In this document: positions 56,787-64,000 of the stretch, piece by piece | How positions within the stretch are numbered: position 1 is the first letter of the stretch | Layout of the letters: every line of letters starts with the position of its first letter | NCBI GenBank assembly: GCA_965243695.1 | Contig: CBDEWC010000039.1 | Span: forward strand, 424,019-488,018 | Direction of reading: 5' to 3' | DNA from: Lacipirellulaceae bacterium | Lineage (GTDB): Bacteria; Planctomycetota; Planctomycetia; Pirellulales; Lacipirellulaceae | DNA length: 64,000 bases | Program-made: the position numbers and the translations under genes | Notes under the pieces: model-generated | What the model was told of the DNA's origin: nothing | What the model saw: the letters and a program-made list of their open reading frames with translations, nothing else | Databases searched by the model: none

Positions 56787-56953
56787 TAGTCGTTGCGCTC
56801 GGTTACTGGATTGTCTGGCATTGCTATGTTGTCTTTTCCGGCAACCTGGCCAGTACTGTCGATCGGTAGGGGTAACTCGCCATCGGTATTTGCGTAGGCT
56901 GTTACCTCCATGCTTAGCGAAATTTCTTCAAAGTCAGGTTTTGTCCACGACAT
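56786..56953 (-). CDS. pqqA: PQQ precursor peptide PqqA (55 aa, unusually long C-terminal tail)
   Basis: Not in the ORF track (<60 aa). Codon-by-codon translation from ATG 56953: MSWTKPDFEEISLSMEVTAYANTDGELPLPIDSTGQVAGKDNIAMPDNPVTERND*. It has the conserved W-x-K-P and E-x-x-x-Y (EVTAY) core. AAGGGAG lies 7 nt upstream. The TAA stop overlaps the pqqB ATG (TAATG). Confidence 0.85.
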   Translation of the reverse strand: MSWTKPDFEEISLSMEVTAYANTDGELPLPIDSTGQVAGKDNIAMPDNPVTERND

Positions 56954-56965
56954 AAAAATCTCCCT

Positions 56966-57907
56966 TTATTCAAGAGTCATCAGGAATGCAAATAAATCAT
57001 GAAGTTGTTTGACGTTCAGGTTTTCGACAAGATTAGCCGGCATCAAAGAGACATCAAGTTGTTGTACTTCTTCCAGGTCGCGTTTGTGTAGTGAATGGAA
57101 CTGGCCGTTTTCCTCGCGAAGCTGAATGTTGAAGTTTGATTCGTTGACACGAAGGCCCTGGATGGTTTTTCCTTCGTCAGTAATGACCATCACCTGTTCG
57201 TAACGGGGATCAATGTCTTTGGAGGGTTGCACCATCGATTCCATGATGTACTGTGGAGACCGGCGGCTGGCGATCCGATCGAGGGCCGGACCAATCCCTC
57301 CGCCGCGGCGATTGAGTGCATGGCATTTGTTGCAGGCAGCCTTGTTTTCGACATCGAAGAAGAACTGTTCGCCTACCTTGGGGTCTCCGACAAAATAGGG
57401 TTTCCAGTCGCTCTCACCTGGAGCTTGAGCCAAACTTCGGATGTAGGCGATAATTTGGGCGATCTGTTCTTCTTTGAGCGACTCGCCAAGTTTTTTCATG
57501 GTGGTTCCCGGAACACCATTCTCGATCACGCGCGTGATGTCGGCGTCGGTATTTCCATGTAGCCAGCGATCATCGGTCAGGTTAGGCCCCTTCCCACCAC
57601 GACCCGCTCCACCATGACAACCACTGCAGAGGCCGCGGAACATTGCCTTGCCCTCGTCGAGTGCCTGAGGATCTATGGGGGCTGCAGCCTCTGGTTCTGA
57701 TGGTTTGAGCACTTCGTCATCCGGGGCCTGGGGGGTGTCAGGCCCCGCAGAGGAGTTGGTTTCGGCATGGGCCAAATTTGCGGTTGGAGGTACCAGCGGA
57801 GACCACCACGCGATCAGAAGTCCGACCGCTACGACGAGAGGCGTTTCAAGACCTGGTTTTGGACCAACGATCCGGTGTGAAAACTGCAATATTTGAAGTT
57901 GCCTCAT
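56966..57907 (-). CDS. Two-domain c-type cytochrome (class-I cytochrome c + PVC-type haem-binding domain)
   Basis: 313 aa. Signal/TM segment. LCSGCHGGAGRGGKGPNL...M (first CxxCH). ACNKCHALNRRGGGIGPALDRIA...SLMPANLVENLNVKQLHDLFAFL (second CxxCH, the pattern of the Pirellula/Verrucomicrobium-type haem domain). ATGA overlap with the upstream gene. Confidence 0.85.
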   Translation of the reverse strand: MRQLQILQFSHRIVGPKPGLETPLVVAVGLLIAWWSPLVPPTANLAHAETNSSAGPDTPQAPDDEVLKPSEPEAAAPIDPQALDEGKAMFRGLCSGCHGGAGRGGKGPNLTDDRWLHGNTDADITRVIENGVPGTTMKKLGESLKEEQIAQIIAYIRSLAQAPGESDWKPYFVGDPKVGEQFFFDVENKAACNKCHALNRRGGGIGPALDRIASRRSPQYIMESMVQPSKDIDPRYEQVMVITDEGKTIQGLRVNESNFNIQLREENGQFHSLHKRDLEEVQQLDVSLMPANLVENLNVKQLHDLFAFLMTLE

Positions 57908-60300
57908 TGCACCACCTCGCTATGGGAACGGGCCACATCGATCGGTATGTGCCATCGGGCAAACAATTTTTTCAGGGTCGCAGATTCTTGCAGTTCCACA
58001 AAAGCTTCGTCGATGGCCTCTTTGAGGTCAGGTTCGGTGCGGCGCACGGCGGCACAAATAGGAAAGCGATCGACCGTGTCGCTGGCGGGCAGCATTTCCA
58101 GGCGGCCAGGCCACTGCCGGGCGGCCAGCCAGTTACCGCGGGTCGAAACGACGTAGGCGGCGTCCACCTCACCCGAGGTCACTGCCACAAACAAAGCGGA
58201 AAGGTCCGGGTAAGAACGGACAACACGGCCCTCGAGGCCGCGGACGGCAACGCCCGACTCGACCGCCACAGGTCGGTCGGCTAAAGGTTTTGAGTTCATC
58301 TCTGCCCGCACAGCCCATTGATAGCCGGCATGGTAGTAAGGGTTGGTATAGATAACGCGGCTCGCAAAACGGTCATCGGGCGTAATACCGAGAATGACGT
58401 CGCACGAATTTTTACTGGCCAACTTACCTGGATACGAGTCATGGGACGAATAGGCCCAGTAAACGTCAAGCGATACCCCCAGGGCCGAGGCAAGCTGTTG
58501 GGCAATTTCGTAGTCAAGCCCAGCCGGCTCCGGATGGGCTGTGGAGAATGGCAAATTATGCTGATCAAGGGCGACAACCAGGGTGCCGCGCGAGCGAATT
58601 TTTGCCAGTCCGTCATATTGTTTCCGGGAGTGTTGGCGCCGATCCATTTTTGGTTCGAGGCCACGATCGATTTGCTGGTGTGTGGCTGGCGCAGTCTGCT
58701 GTTGGCCAAGCGGAGCCTGCCCCTTGGCGGATGGCTTTGCGGTAGCGTGATTGGCCTCTTGGAAAGCGGGGAAGTAGGGAGTGTGGTATTTGGAAAGTAT
58801 TTTGGAGACGACCCCTTTTTCAATCAACCTTTTGACGGCCGCGTCGACATGTGTTTTCAGCTCCGTATCACCCCTTCGCATAGCGATTGCTATGTTCCAG
58901 CGCTCTTCTGGAATCTGATCTTCAATGAGAACCGCGTTCAATTCTGGGGAGGTGTTGACCATCCAGCCAATATTCGACCAGAGGTAGGCGTAGTCGATAT
59001 CACCTTGATCAAGTGCAGTGAGAACCGCCAACTGGGTGCCAAATAGCCGGCGCAGATATCCATTTTGTCGCAGATTGTAGTCGGCGATCGTTCCAGCTTG
59101 AGTTCCAATTCGGCGCGAGCGGTCTCCTTGAAGCTCCGTCAGTGATTTGACCGCAGGGCTGTCGTCGCGTTTGACGAGCAGGTAGCCCGTGCCGTAGTAG
59201 GGTTGGGAATAAATAACTTTGCCAGCAAGTTCTTCTTCATCGTCCATCGCTTGTGGATCAACAGCAGCACCCAATGCCACATCGCATTCGAAATCAAGCA
59301 ATTCTCCAATCGCAGTTTCGCGGAGCACATCGATCCAGTTCAATTCCAACCCAACTCCCAGCTCGCTTGCCACCGCTTGTGCAAGTTCGAGGTCGAAACC
59401 AGGTTTTTCAGGATCGGCGCTGGAATAGGGCAGATTTGCCGGATCCATGCTCACGCTCAGTTTGCCTTCGCGTTGAATTTTTTTCCAGGTATCCGTAACG
59501 ACCACTGGCCGAGATGGTTCGACGAGCGGTGCCCGATGCACGAGGCCATACCTCGTGAAGATGGCCGTGAACGCAGCCCGCTCTAAAAGGTCAGTGACTG
59601 CCCGTTCGATTTGAGACTTCAGCTGCCGGTCATCGGCCCGGACGGCCAGGCCGATGTTCCATCGGTGCTGAGGAACAAATTCTGCCACGACTCGGAGTGG
59701 TTTCTCCGGATGCATACGCAGATACCAGGCAGTGAAGTCGGTATCGACCAGCGCGGCGTCGAGTTTTTCCGCGCGAAATCCGTCGAGTAAGGCTTTGCGG
59801 GATGCAAACCGCACGAGGGTGTGATCCCCACCGGAAAGAGGAATCGTTCCCGTGACCAGGCCAACGCGACGACCGCGCAGGTCGCCAAGCGATTGGATGG
59901 TGCGATTTTCGCGCTGGGTGACCAGCCCAAACTGGCCAGCTGCATAGGGCGCTGTCCAGGATGCAATCGAACGGTTCGGCACACCCTCGGGGACGCCGAT
60001 TACCACATCACAGTGCTTGTTCTTAAGTTTTTTCCAGCGGCACGCGTCGGCTGGGCAGCCGTGAAGTCGGTATGGGCGCTGCAGCTTTGCCGCGATCAAA
60101 CTGGCAACCTCAGCATCGACACCTTGCCAGCTTCCATCAGGCCGTTGGCCGGAACGGGGCATGGCGGTGCTGTCGATGCAGAACCGTAGCGGTGTTCCTG
60201 CTCCCCAGAGCTTGATTGGTGCAGCACCAATCAGGAGCGTCACGATCACTCCAGCAACTGCAAGTCGATAATCAGTTCTGATGATTTTCAAACTAAACAC
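57904..60300 (-). CDS. Triple-domain type-3 solute-binding-fold protein (three tandem XoxJ/MxaJ-like modules)
   Basis: 798-aa ORF (GTG 60300). Three consecutive ~240-aa units each start with an SBP_bac_3-like strand (LRFCIDSTAMPRSG; LSVSMDPANLPYSS; LVVALDQHNLPFST). Each ends in a helix ...(F/I/L)xxYG/YH/WH. Located between the PQQ-ADH and cytochrome c genes. Confidence 0.8.
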   Translation of the reverse strand: MFSLKIIRTDYRLAVAGVIVTLLIGAAPIKLWGAGTPLRFCIDSTAMPRSGQRPDGSWQGVDAEVASLIAAKLQRPYRLHGCPADACRWKKLKNKHCDVVIGVPEGVPNRSIASWTAPYAAGQFGLVTQRENRTIQSLGDLRGRRVGLVTGTIPLSGGDHTLVRFASRKALLDGFRAEKLDAALVDTDFTAWYLRMHPEKPLRVVAEFVPQHRWNIGLAVRADDRQLKSQIERAVTDLLERAAFTAIFTRYGLVHRAPLVEPSRPVVVTDTWKKIQREGKLSVSMDPANLPYSSADPEKPGFDLELAQAVASELGVGLELNWIDVLRETAIGELLDFECDVALGAAVDPQAMDDEEELAGKVIYSQPYYGTGYLLVKRDDSPAVKSLTELQGDRSRRIGTQAGTIADYNLRQNGYLRRLFGTQLAVLTALDQGDIDYAYLWSNIGWMVNTSPELNAVLIEDQIPEERWNIAIAMRRGDTELKTHVDAAVKRLIEKGVVSKILSKYHTPYFPAFQEANHATAKPSAKGQAPLGQQQTAPATHQQIDRGLEPKMDRRQHSRKQYDGLAKIRSRGTLVVALDQHNLPFSTAHPEPAGLDYEIAQQLASALGVSLDVYWAYSSHDSYPGKLASKNSCDVILGITPDDRFASRVIYTNPYYHAGYQWAVRAEMNSKPLADRPVAVESGVAVRGLEGRVVRSYPDLSALFVAVTSGEVDAAYVVSTRGNWLAARQWPGRLEMLPASDTVDRFPICAAVRRTEPDLKEAIDEAFVELQESATLKKLFARWHIPIDVARSHSEVVQ

Positions 60301-60392
60301 CTACCGTTGGTAACCGGTGAGTTTATGGAAAACGGTGGTAATCCTGACCGGCAACCGGACTGTCTGTAGGTTGCGTTCAGGAAAGAGGGCTA

Positions 60393-62174
60393 TCAATCAG
60401 GCAACGCAAAGACAAAGAGGGTATTTCCGCGCCGTGCATCACGCAGCCACGGTGCACCGTCGCCGGCAAAACCAGCCGTCCAACCACCCCACCCGGCGCA
60501 CACCGCAAGGTATTGTTTACCGTCAAGTTGGTAGGTTATCGGCGAGGCGTGGTGCCCCGATCCGCACTGGAAATACCAGAGTACGTCGCCTGTGTTTGCG
60601 TCGTATGCGGAGATGTATCCTTCGGCATCGCCGGTGAAGACCAGTCCGCCGCCTGTTGCCAGCGCGCCTGCCACCATGGGTGAACGTGTATCGACACTCC
60701 ATTTGATCTTGCCTGTGTCGACATCAATGGCCTTGAAGGCTCCAGAAGCCTCATTGTCGATGAGCGTTAGCGAACTTCCCCAATAGGGTTGACCTTTAAT
60801 AAAGAAAGCTTTGCCAGAGGTGAAGTTTGCACAATTGTTGATCACCGGCACATACGCACAGTTCGTACCGGGGTGATAAGCCATCGGATTCCACTCTTTT
60901 CCACCCGCTGCTCCTGGGCAAACTCGCACACCTTCTTCGGTTGGCAGTGCCGCCTGGTTGACAAAGGGACGCCCTGTCTTGGGATCGAGTCCCTCGACAC
61001 CTTTCGATCGGTCGGTCCAGGTGACTTCGCAGAACGGTTTGCCGTACAGAAACTTTCCGTTCTCGCGGTTTAGGCAGTAGAAATAGCCATTTCTGTGGGC
61101 TTGGACCAGGGCTTTGACCTTTTTTCCCTGGTGCTTCACGTCGACCAGCACTGGCGTGTTGACACCGTCATAGTCCCAAACGTCGTGGGGACTGTTTTGA
61201 AAGTGCCACTTGTAGCTTCCATCGTCCGGATTCAGAGCAACAATGGAACAGGTGTAAAGGTTATCGCCCTTACGAACTTCGCCGTTGAAATCGGGTGAAG
61301 GATTCCCGATTCCCCAGTAGAGCGTGTTGAGTTCAGGGTCGTAGGTGCCAGTGACCCATGCCGAGCCCCCACCGGTCAACCACGACTGGCCTTCCCACGT
61401 TTTGAGTGCTTCCTGGGCGTGCGGTTCTTTATCTTTGGCATTCGGAACGGTGTAAAACCTCCAAAGTCGCTTGCCGGTTTCGACATGGTAGGCGTCGATG
61501 AATCCGCGAATCCCATATTCTGCACCGCTAATACCGATGATCACTTTGTCGCCAATCACCAGCGGAGCGACCGTTGCGCTGTAGGCGAGCTTGTAAATAT
61601 CTTTTTCTTCCTGACCGTTTTCACCGTAAGCCGTGATCGGTTCATCCCACAGTTCTTCGCCCGTGTACCGATCAAGACAAACCAGATGTGCGTCGAGAGT
61701 CGACATGTAGAGGCGATTTCCCCAGGCTCCAAATCCGCGGTTCACGGCGTCGCAGCACAACGCCAGGTTGTCAGGTAACGATTTTTGATAATGCCAAAGA
61801 TGCGAACCTGTGCGACAGTCAATGGCGTAGGCATGGTTCCAGGGCGTGGTGATGTACATGATGCCATCGATCACCAGGGGTGAGCACTCAAATCCATCGA
61901 GAACGCCCGTTTGAAAAGTCCACACCGGGATCAGTTTGTCGACGTTCTGACGGTTGATTTGTTTGAGTGCCGAATAGCGTTTGCTATCGTAGGTGCGACC
62001 ATACATAAGCCAACTGGCATCGTTCTGTTGCGCTTCCAGCAGGTCGTTCTGATTGACCGGTCCGACCGCCTCTTGTGACAGGAGCTGGTGGCTGGGAATC
62101 GATAACAGTCCCAACACGATCAGCGCTGAAAAACCTGGAATATGGCGTACAAAAGACACGGCAAAACCCTCCAT
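60393..62174 (-). CDS. PQQ-dependent dehydrogenase, methanol/ethanol family (XoxF/ExaF/PedH-like)
   Basis: 593 aa with a signal peptide. ASWLMYGRTYDSKRYS start, vicinal-Cys LALCCDAVNRGFG, ISGAEYGIRGF, GDNLYTCSIVALNPDDGSYKWHFQNSPHDVWDYDGVN, eight W-motif propeller repeats. Confidence 0.9.
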   Translation of the reverse strand: MEGFAVSFVRHIPGFSALIVLGLLSIPSHQLLSQEAVGPVNQNDLLEAQQNDASWLMYGRTYDSKRYSALKQINRQNVDKLIPVWTFQTGVLDGFECSPLVIDGIMYITTPWNHAYAIDCRTGSHLWHYQKSLPDNLALCCDAVNRGFGAWGNRLYMSTLDAHLVCLDRYTGEELWDEPITAYGENGQEEKDIYKLAYSATVAPLVIGDKVIIGISGAEYGIRGFIDAYHVETGKRLWRFYTVPNAKDKEPHAQEALKTWEGQSWLTGGGSAWVTGTYDPELNTLYWGIGNPSPDFNGEVRKGDNLYTCSIVALNPDDGSYKWHFQNSPHDVWDYDGVNTPVLVDVKHQGKKVKALVQAHRNGYFYCLNRENGKFLYGKPFCEVTWTDRSKGVEGLDPKTGRPFVNQAALPTEEGVRVCPGAAGGKEWNPMAYHPGTNCAYVPVINNCANFTSGKAFFIKGQPYWGSSLTLIDNEASGAFKAIDVDTGKIKWSVDTRSPMVAGALATGGGLVFTGDAEGYISAYDANTGDVLWYFQCGSGHHASPITYQLDGKQYLAVCAGWGGWTAGFAGDGAPWLRDARRGNTLFVFALPD

Positions 62175-62339
62175 TTCGAAGCACGAGGCGTAGTAAAATC
62201 GACCACGAGACTGTGCACAAATCCTACCACTTTGTAGCTACTGAACAAGTACCGGCGGACCTTCGGTTCGACCGACCTCAATAGAACACAAAAAACGGTG
62301 CTGACCAGAACCGCAATCGCTCACGACCACCTGACCGGG

Positions 62340-63113
62340 CTAAGCCAGGTACTCGGTGTTACCGCAGACGCTGATTGCCTGGCCGGAGATGTTGCGCCCC
62401 GCATCCGAAGCCAGGAAGAACATCATTTGGGCGATGTCTGCTTCGGTCACAAATTCCCGGAGTGAAATCTGGTTCAGGTAAATCTGCTCCATTTCTTCAG
62501 TGGAAAGATCGCAGGCTTGGGCTTTATCGCGAATGACATCCTTGGCTCGTTGATTCGAAACAAGCCCGGGTTGAATCGCGTTGACGCGAATTTTGTGCGG
62601 GCCTAACTCGATGGCAAGACTTTTGGTGAATCCGACGACTGCCCACTTTGAAGCCGCATAGGGAGTTCGGAGGGGATAACCAAAGCGGCCTGCTACCGAC
62701 GACAGGTTGATGATCGAGCCACCACCACTTTCTTTCAACAGTGGCACCGCCCGACGAGCGCAGAGGAATTGTCCTGTAATATTGACAGCCATCGTGCGGT
62801 TCCAGTCTTCCGGGGCAATCTCTTCGACGGCCAACGTTGGGCCGGCAACCCCGGCGTTGTTGACAAGAACGTCAAGTCCTCCCAGGTTTTTCCGAACGTC
62901 GTCAAAAAGTTTGTCGACCTGGGCAAGATCGGCTACGTCAACCTGGCTTCCGTACAGGCTTGGGATTTCACGGAGGGCCTTTTCGAGATGCGACTCTGAA
63001 ACATCGCAGATTTGCACACGTGCACCGTTGTCTTTAAAGAGTTTTGCAGTGGCCAGGCCAATTCCTGATGCCCCGGCTGTCACGAGGACACGGGTGCCTT
63101 CTTTGAGACTCAT
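62340..63113 (-). CDS. Short-chain dehydrogenase/reductase (SDR)
   Basis: 257 aa. VTAGASGIGLA (TGxxxGxG), NNAGV, YAASKWAV (YxxxK). Confidence 0.9.
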   Translation of the reverse strand: MSLKEGTRVLVTAGASGIGLATAKLFKDNGARVQICDVSESHLEKALREIPSLYGSQVDVADLAQVDKLFDDVRKNLGGLDVLVNNAGVAGPTLAVEEIAPEDWNRTMAVNITGQFLCARRAVPLLKESGGGSIINLSSVAGRFGYPLRTPYAASKWAVVGFTKSLAIELGPHKIRVNAIQPGLVSNQRAKDVIRDKAQACDLSTEEMEQIYLNQISLREFVTEADIAQMMFFLASDAGRNISGQAISVCGNTEYLA

Positions 63114-63168
63114 AAAACTTTCCTTTCCGTGAAAGCAGGCGTTGTGTGGTCAGAATACAACAGATCCC

Positions 63169-63180
63169 GGTCAGCTGACC
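63169..63180. promoter_or_regulatory. Perfect 12-bp palindrome GGTCAGCTGACC about 55 nt upstream of the SDR start
   Basis: Read directly. It shares the CTGACC core with sites at 60343, 62300 and 62330. Confidence 0.25.
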
Positions 63181-63376
63181 AGAGTGGAAAAAGCAAGCCG
63201 TTAAAAAATGTGCCCCGCCACGAATTCCTGTGGCGCCGACCATGGGAGGCAAGTTGGATGAGGAGGTATTGACGCAGTGCCTCGGAGGGTTTCTTCTTGT
63301 GCGGACCTGACACGAGGCCGGTAGCGGGTAAGCCGCGCAGTATTTCCCAGCGATGGTCTGCCAGGCCCCATAGCGC

Positions 63377-63415
63377 AAGAAGCCCCGTAGTAGAAGAAGC
63401 CCCGTAGTAGAAGAA
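63377..63415. repeat. 17-bp tandem repeat AAGAAGCCCCGTAGTAG x2.3
   Basis: Read directly in the spacer between the mutarotase stop (63442) and the SDR start (63113). Confidence 0.9.
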
Positions 63416-63441
63416 TCCAGGTTGCCAGTGGAGGGGGGAGA

Positions 63442-64000
63442 TCAGTCAGCAGAAAAGGCGTAGATACACCTCTGATGGTACGTGTCGCCCGGCTTCAAGA
63501 TGACACTGGGGAAATCGGGCTGATTCACCGAATCGGGAAAATGCTGGGTTTCGAGGCAGCACCCGCTGCGGTGGAGGTAGGTTTTGCCCTGCTTCCCTTC
63601 CTGCCCGAACAGGAAGTTACCGCCGTAGAACTGGACTCCAGGTTGGGTCGTCCAGACGGTCAGGGTTCTCCCCGAGGACGGATCTTTTAACACAGCTGCC
63701 ACACTCAGTTCACCCAGCTTGGATTTCTTGAGTACATAGTTGTGGTCGTAGCCGGTCGTGGATGTGTTGTCCAGTTCTGCAACGTGCAGGCCGATCGGTG
63801 TCGGTTGGCGAAAATCGAGCGGAGTTCCTTCAACCGGGGCAATCTCCCCGGTGGGAATGAGCGTGGCGTCAACTGGTGTGTAGTTGTTTGCGTTGATGGT
63901 AAGAAGGTGGTCGTGAATGGTAGGTGCCCCGGCACCGGCGAGATTGAAGTACGCGTGGTTTGTCAAATTAACGGGCGATTTTTCGTCGGTCGTAGCTTCA
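63442..64000 (-). CDS. Aldose 1-epimerase (galactose mutarotase), N-terminus beyond window edge
   Basis: The frame stays open to 64000 (…[24 protein letters not shown]…). Family motifs NHAYFNL, YDHNYVL and [18 protein letters not shown]. The track shows only 63442..63966. Confidence 0.8.
   Translation of the reverse strand, partial: EATTDEKSPVNLTNHAYFNLAGAGAPTIHDHLLTINANNYTPVDATLIPTGEIAPVEGTPLDFRQPTPIGLHVAELDNTSTTGYDHNYVLKKSKLGELSVAAVLKDPSSGRTLTVWTTQPGVQFYGGNFLFGQEGKQGKTYLHRSGCCLETQHFPDSVNQPDFPSVILKPGDTYHQRCIYAFSAD

Noticed and set aside
1-64000. Search for CRISPR arrays, IS elements/transposases, integrases, phage or defence-system genes.
   Set aside because: No regularly spaced repeats longer than three units were found. 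No transposase, integrase or recombinase motifs appear in any long ORF, and no terminal inverted repeats bracket a gene block. The window looks like core or accessory metabolic chromosome.

Overview
64-kb window, about 90% coding. The gene content is typical of a Planctomycetota (PVC) chromosome; this is an inference from family content, not a database hit. I found no rRNA, tRNA, CRISPR array, transposase, integrase or obvious transcription factor. Main theme (1-39 kb): five large PSCyt/DUF1549/DUF1553 (PSD1) proteins. Four of them are each followed on the same strand by a twin-arginine DUF1501 protein. Between these pairs lie TAT-exported sugar-modifying enzymes (Gfo/Idh/MocA, DUF1080, xylose-isomerase-like TIM barrels, ThuA-like, NHL propeller, sialate O-acetylesterase), a CUT2-type sugar ABC transporter and a sodium:solute symporter. 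Right-hand 10 kb: a tightly packed minus-strand operon. It encodes a PQQ-dependent alcohol dehydrogenase (CC and D-Y-D signatures), a three-domain XoxJ/MxaJ-like binding protein, a two-domain cytochrome c, and pqqA-pqqB-pqqC-pqqD-pqqE. pqqA is a 55-aa ORF missing from the supplied track. Other points: an edge-truncated 990-codon gene at 1..2972 is also missing from the track. Three single-base frame disruptions cluster in two adjacent genes (3.2-5.6 kb). There is a PEP-CTERM-anchored PAP2/vanadium-haloperoxidase-like protein. Five intergenic spacers carry short tandem duplications (13-21 bp). The most promising candidates for undescribed biology are the quinoprotein operon, with its fused accessory protein and long PqqA, and the repeated PSD1+DUF1501 two-gene modules with swapped middle domains. 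All functional calls rest on motifs read by eye; no searches were run.
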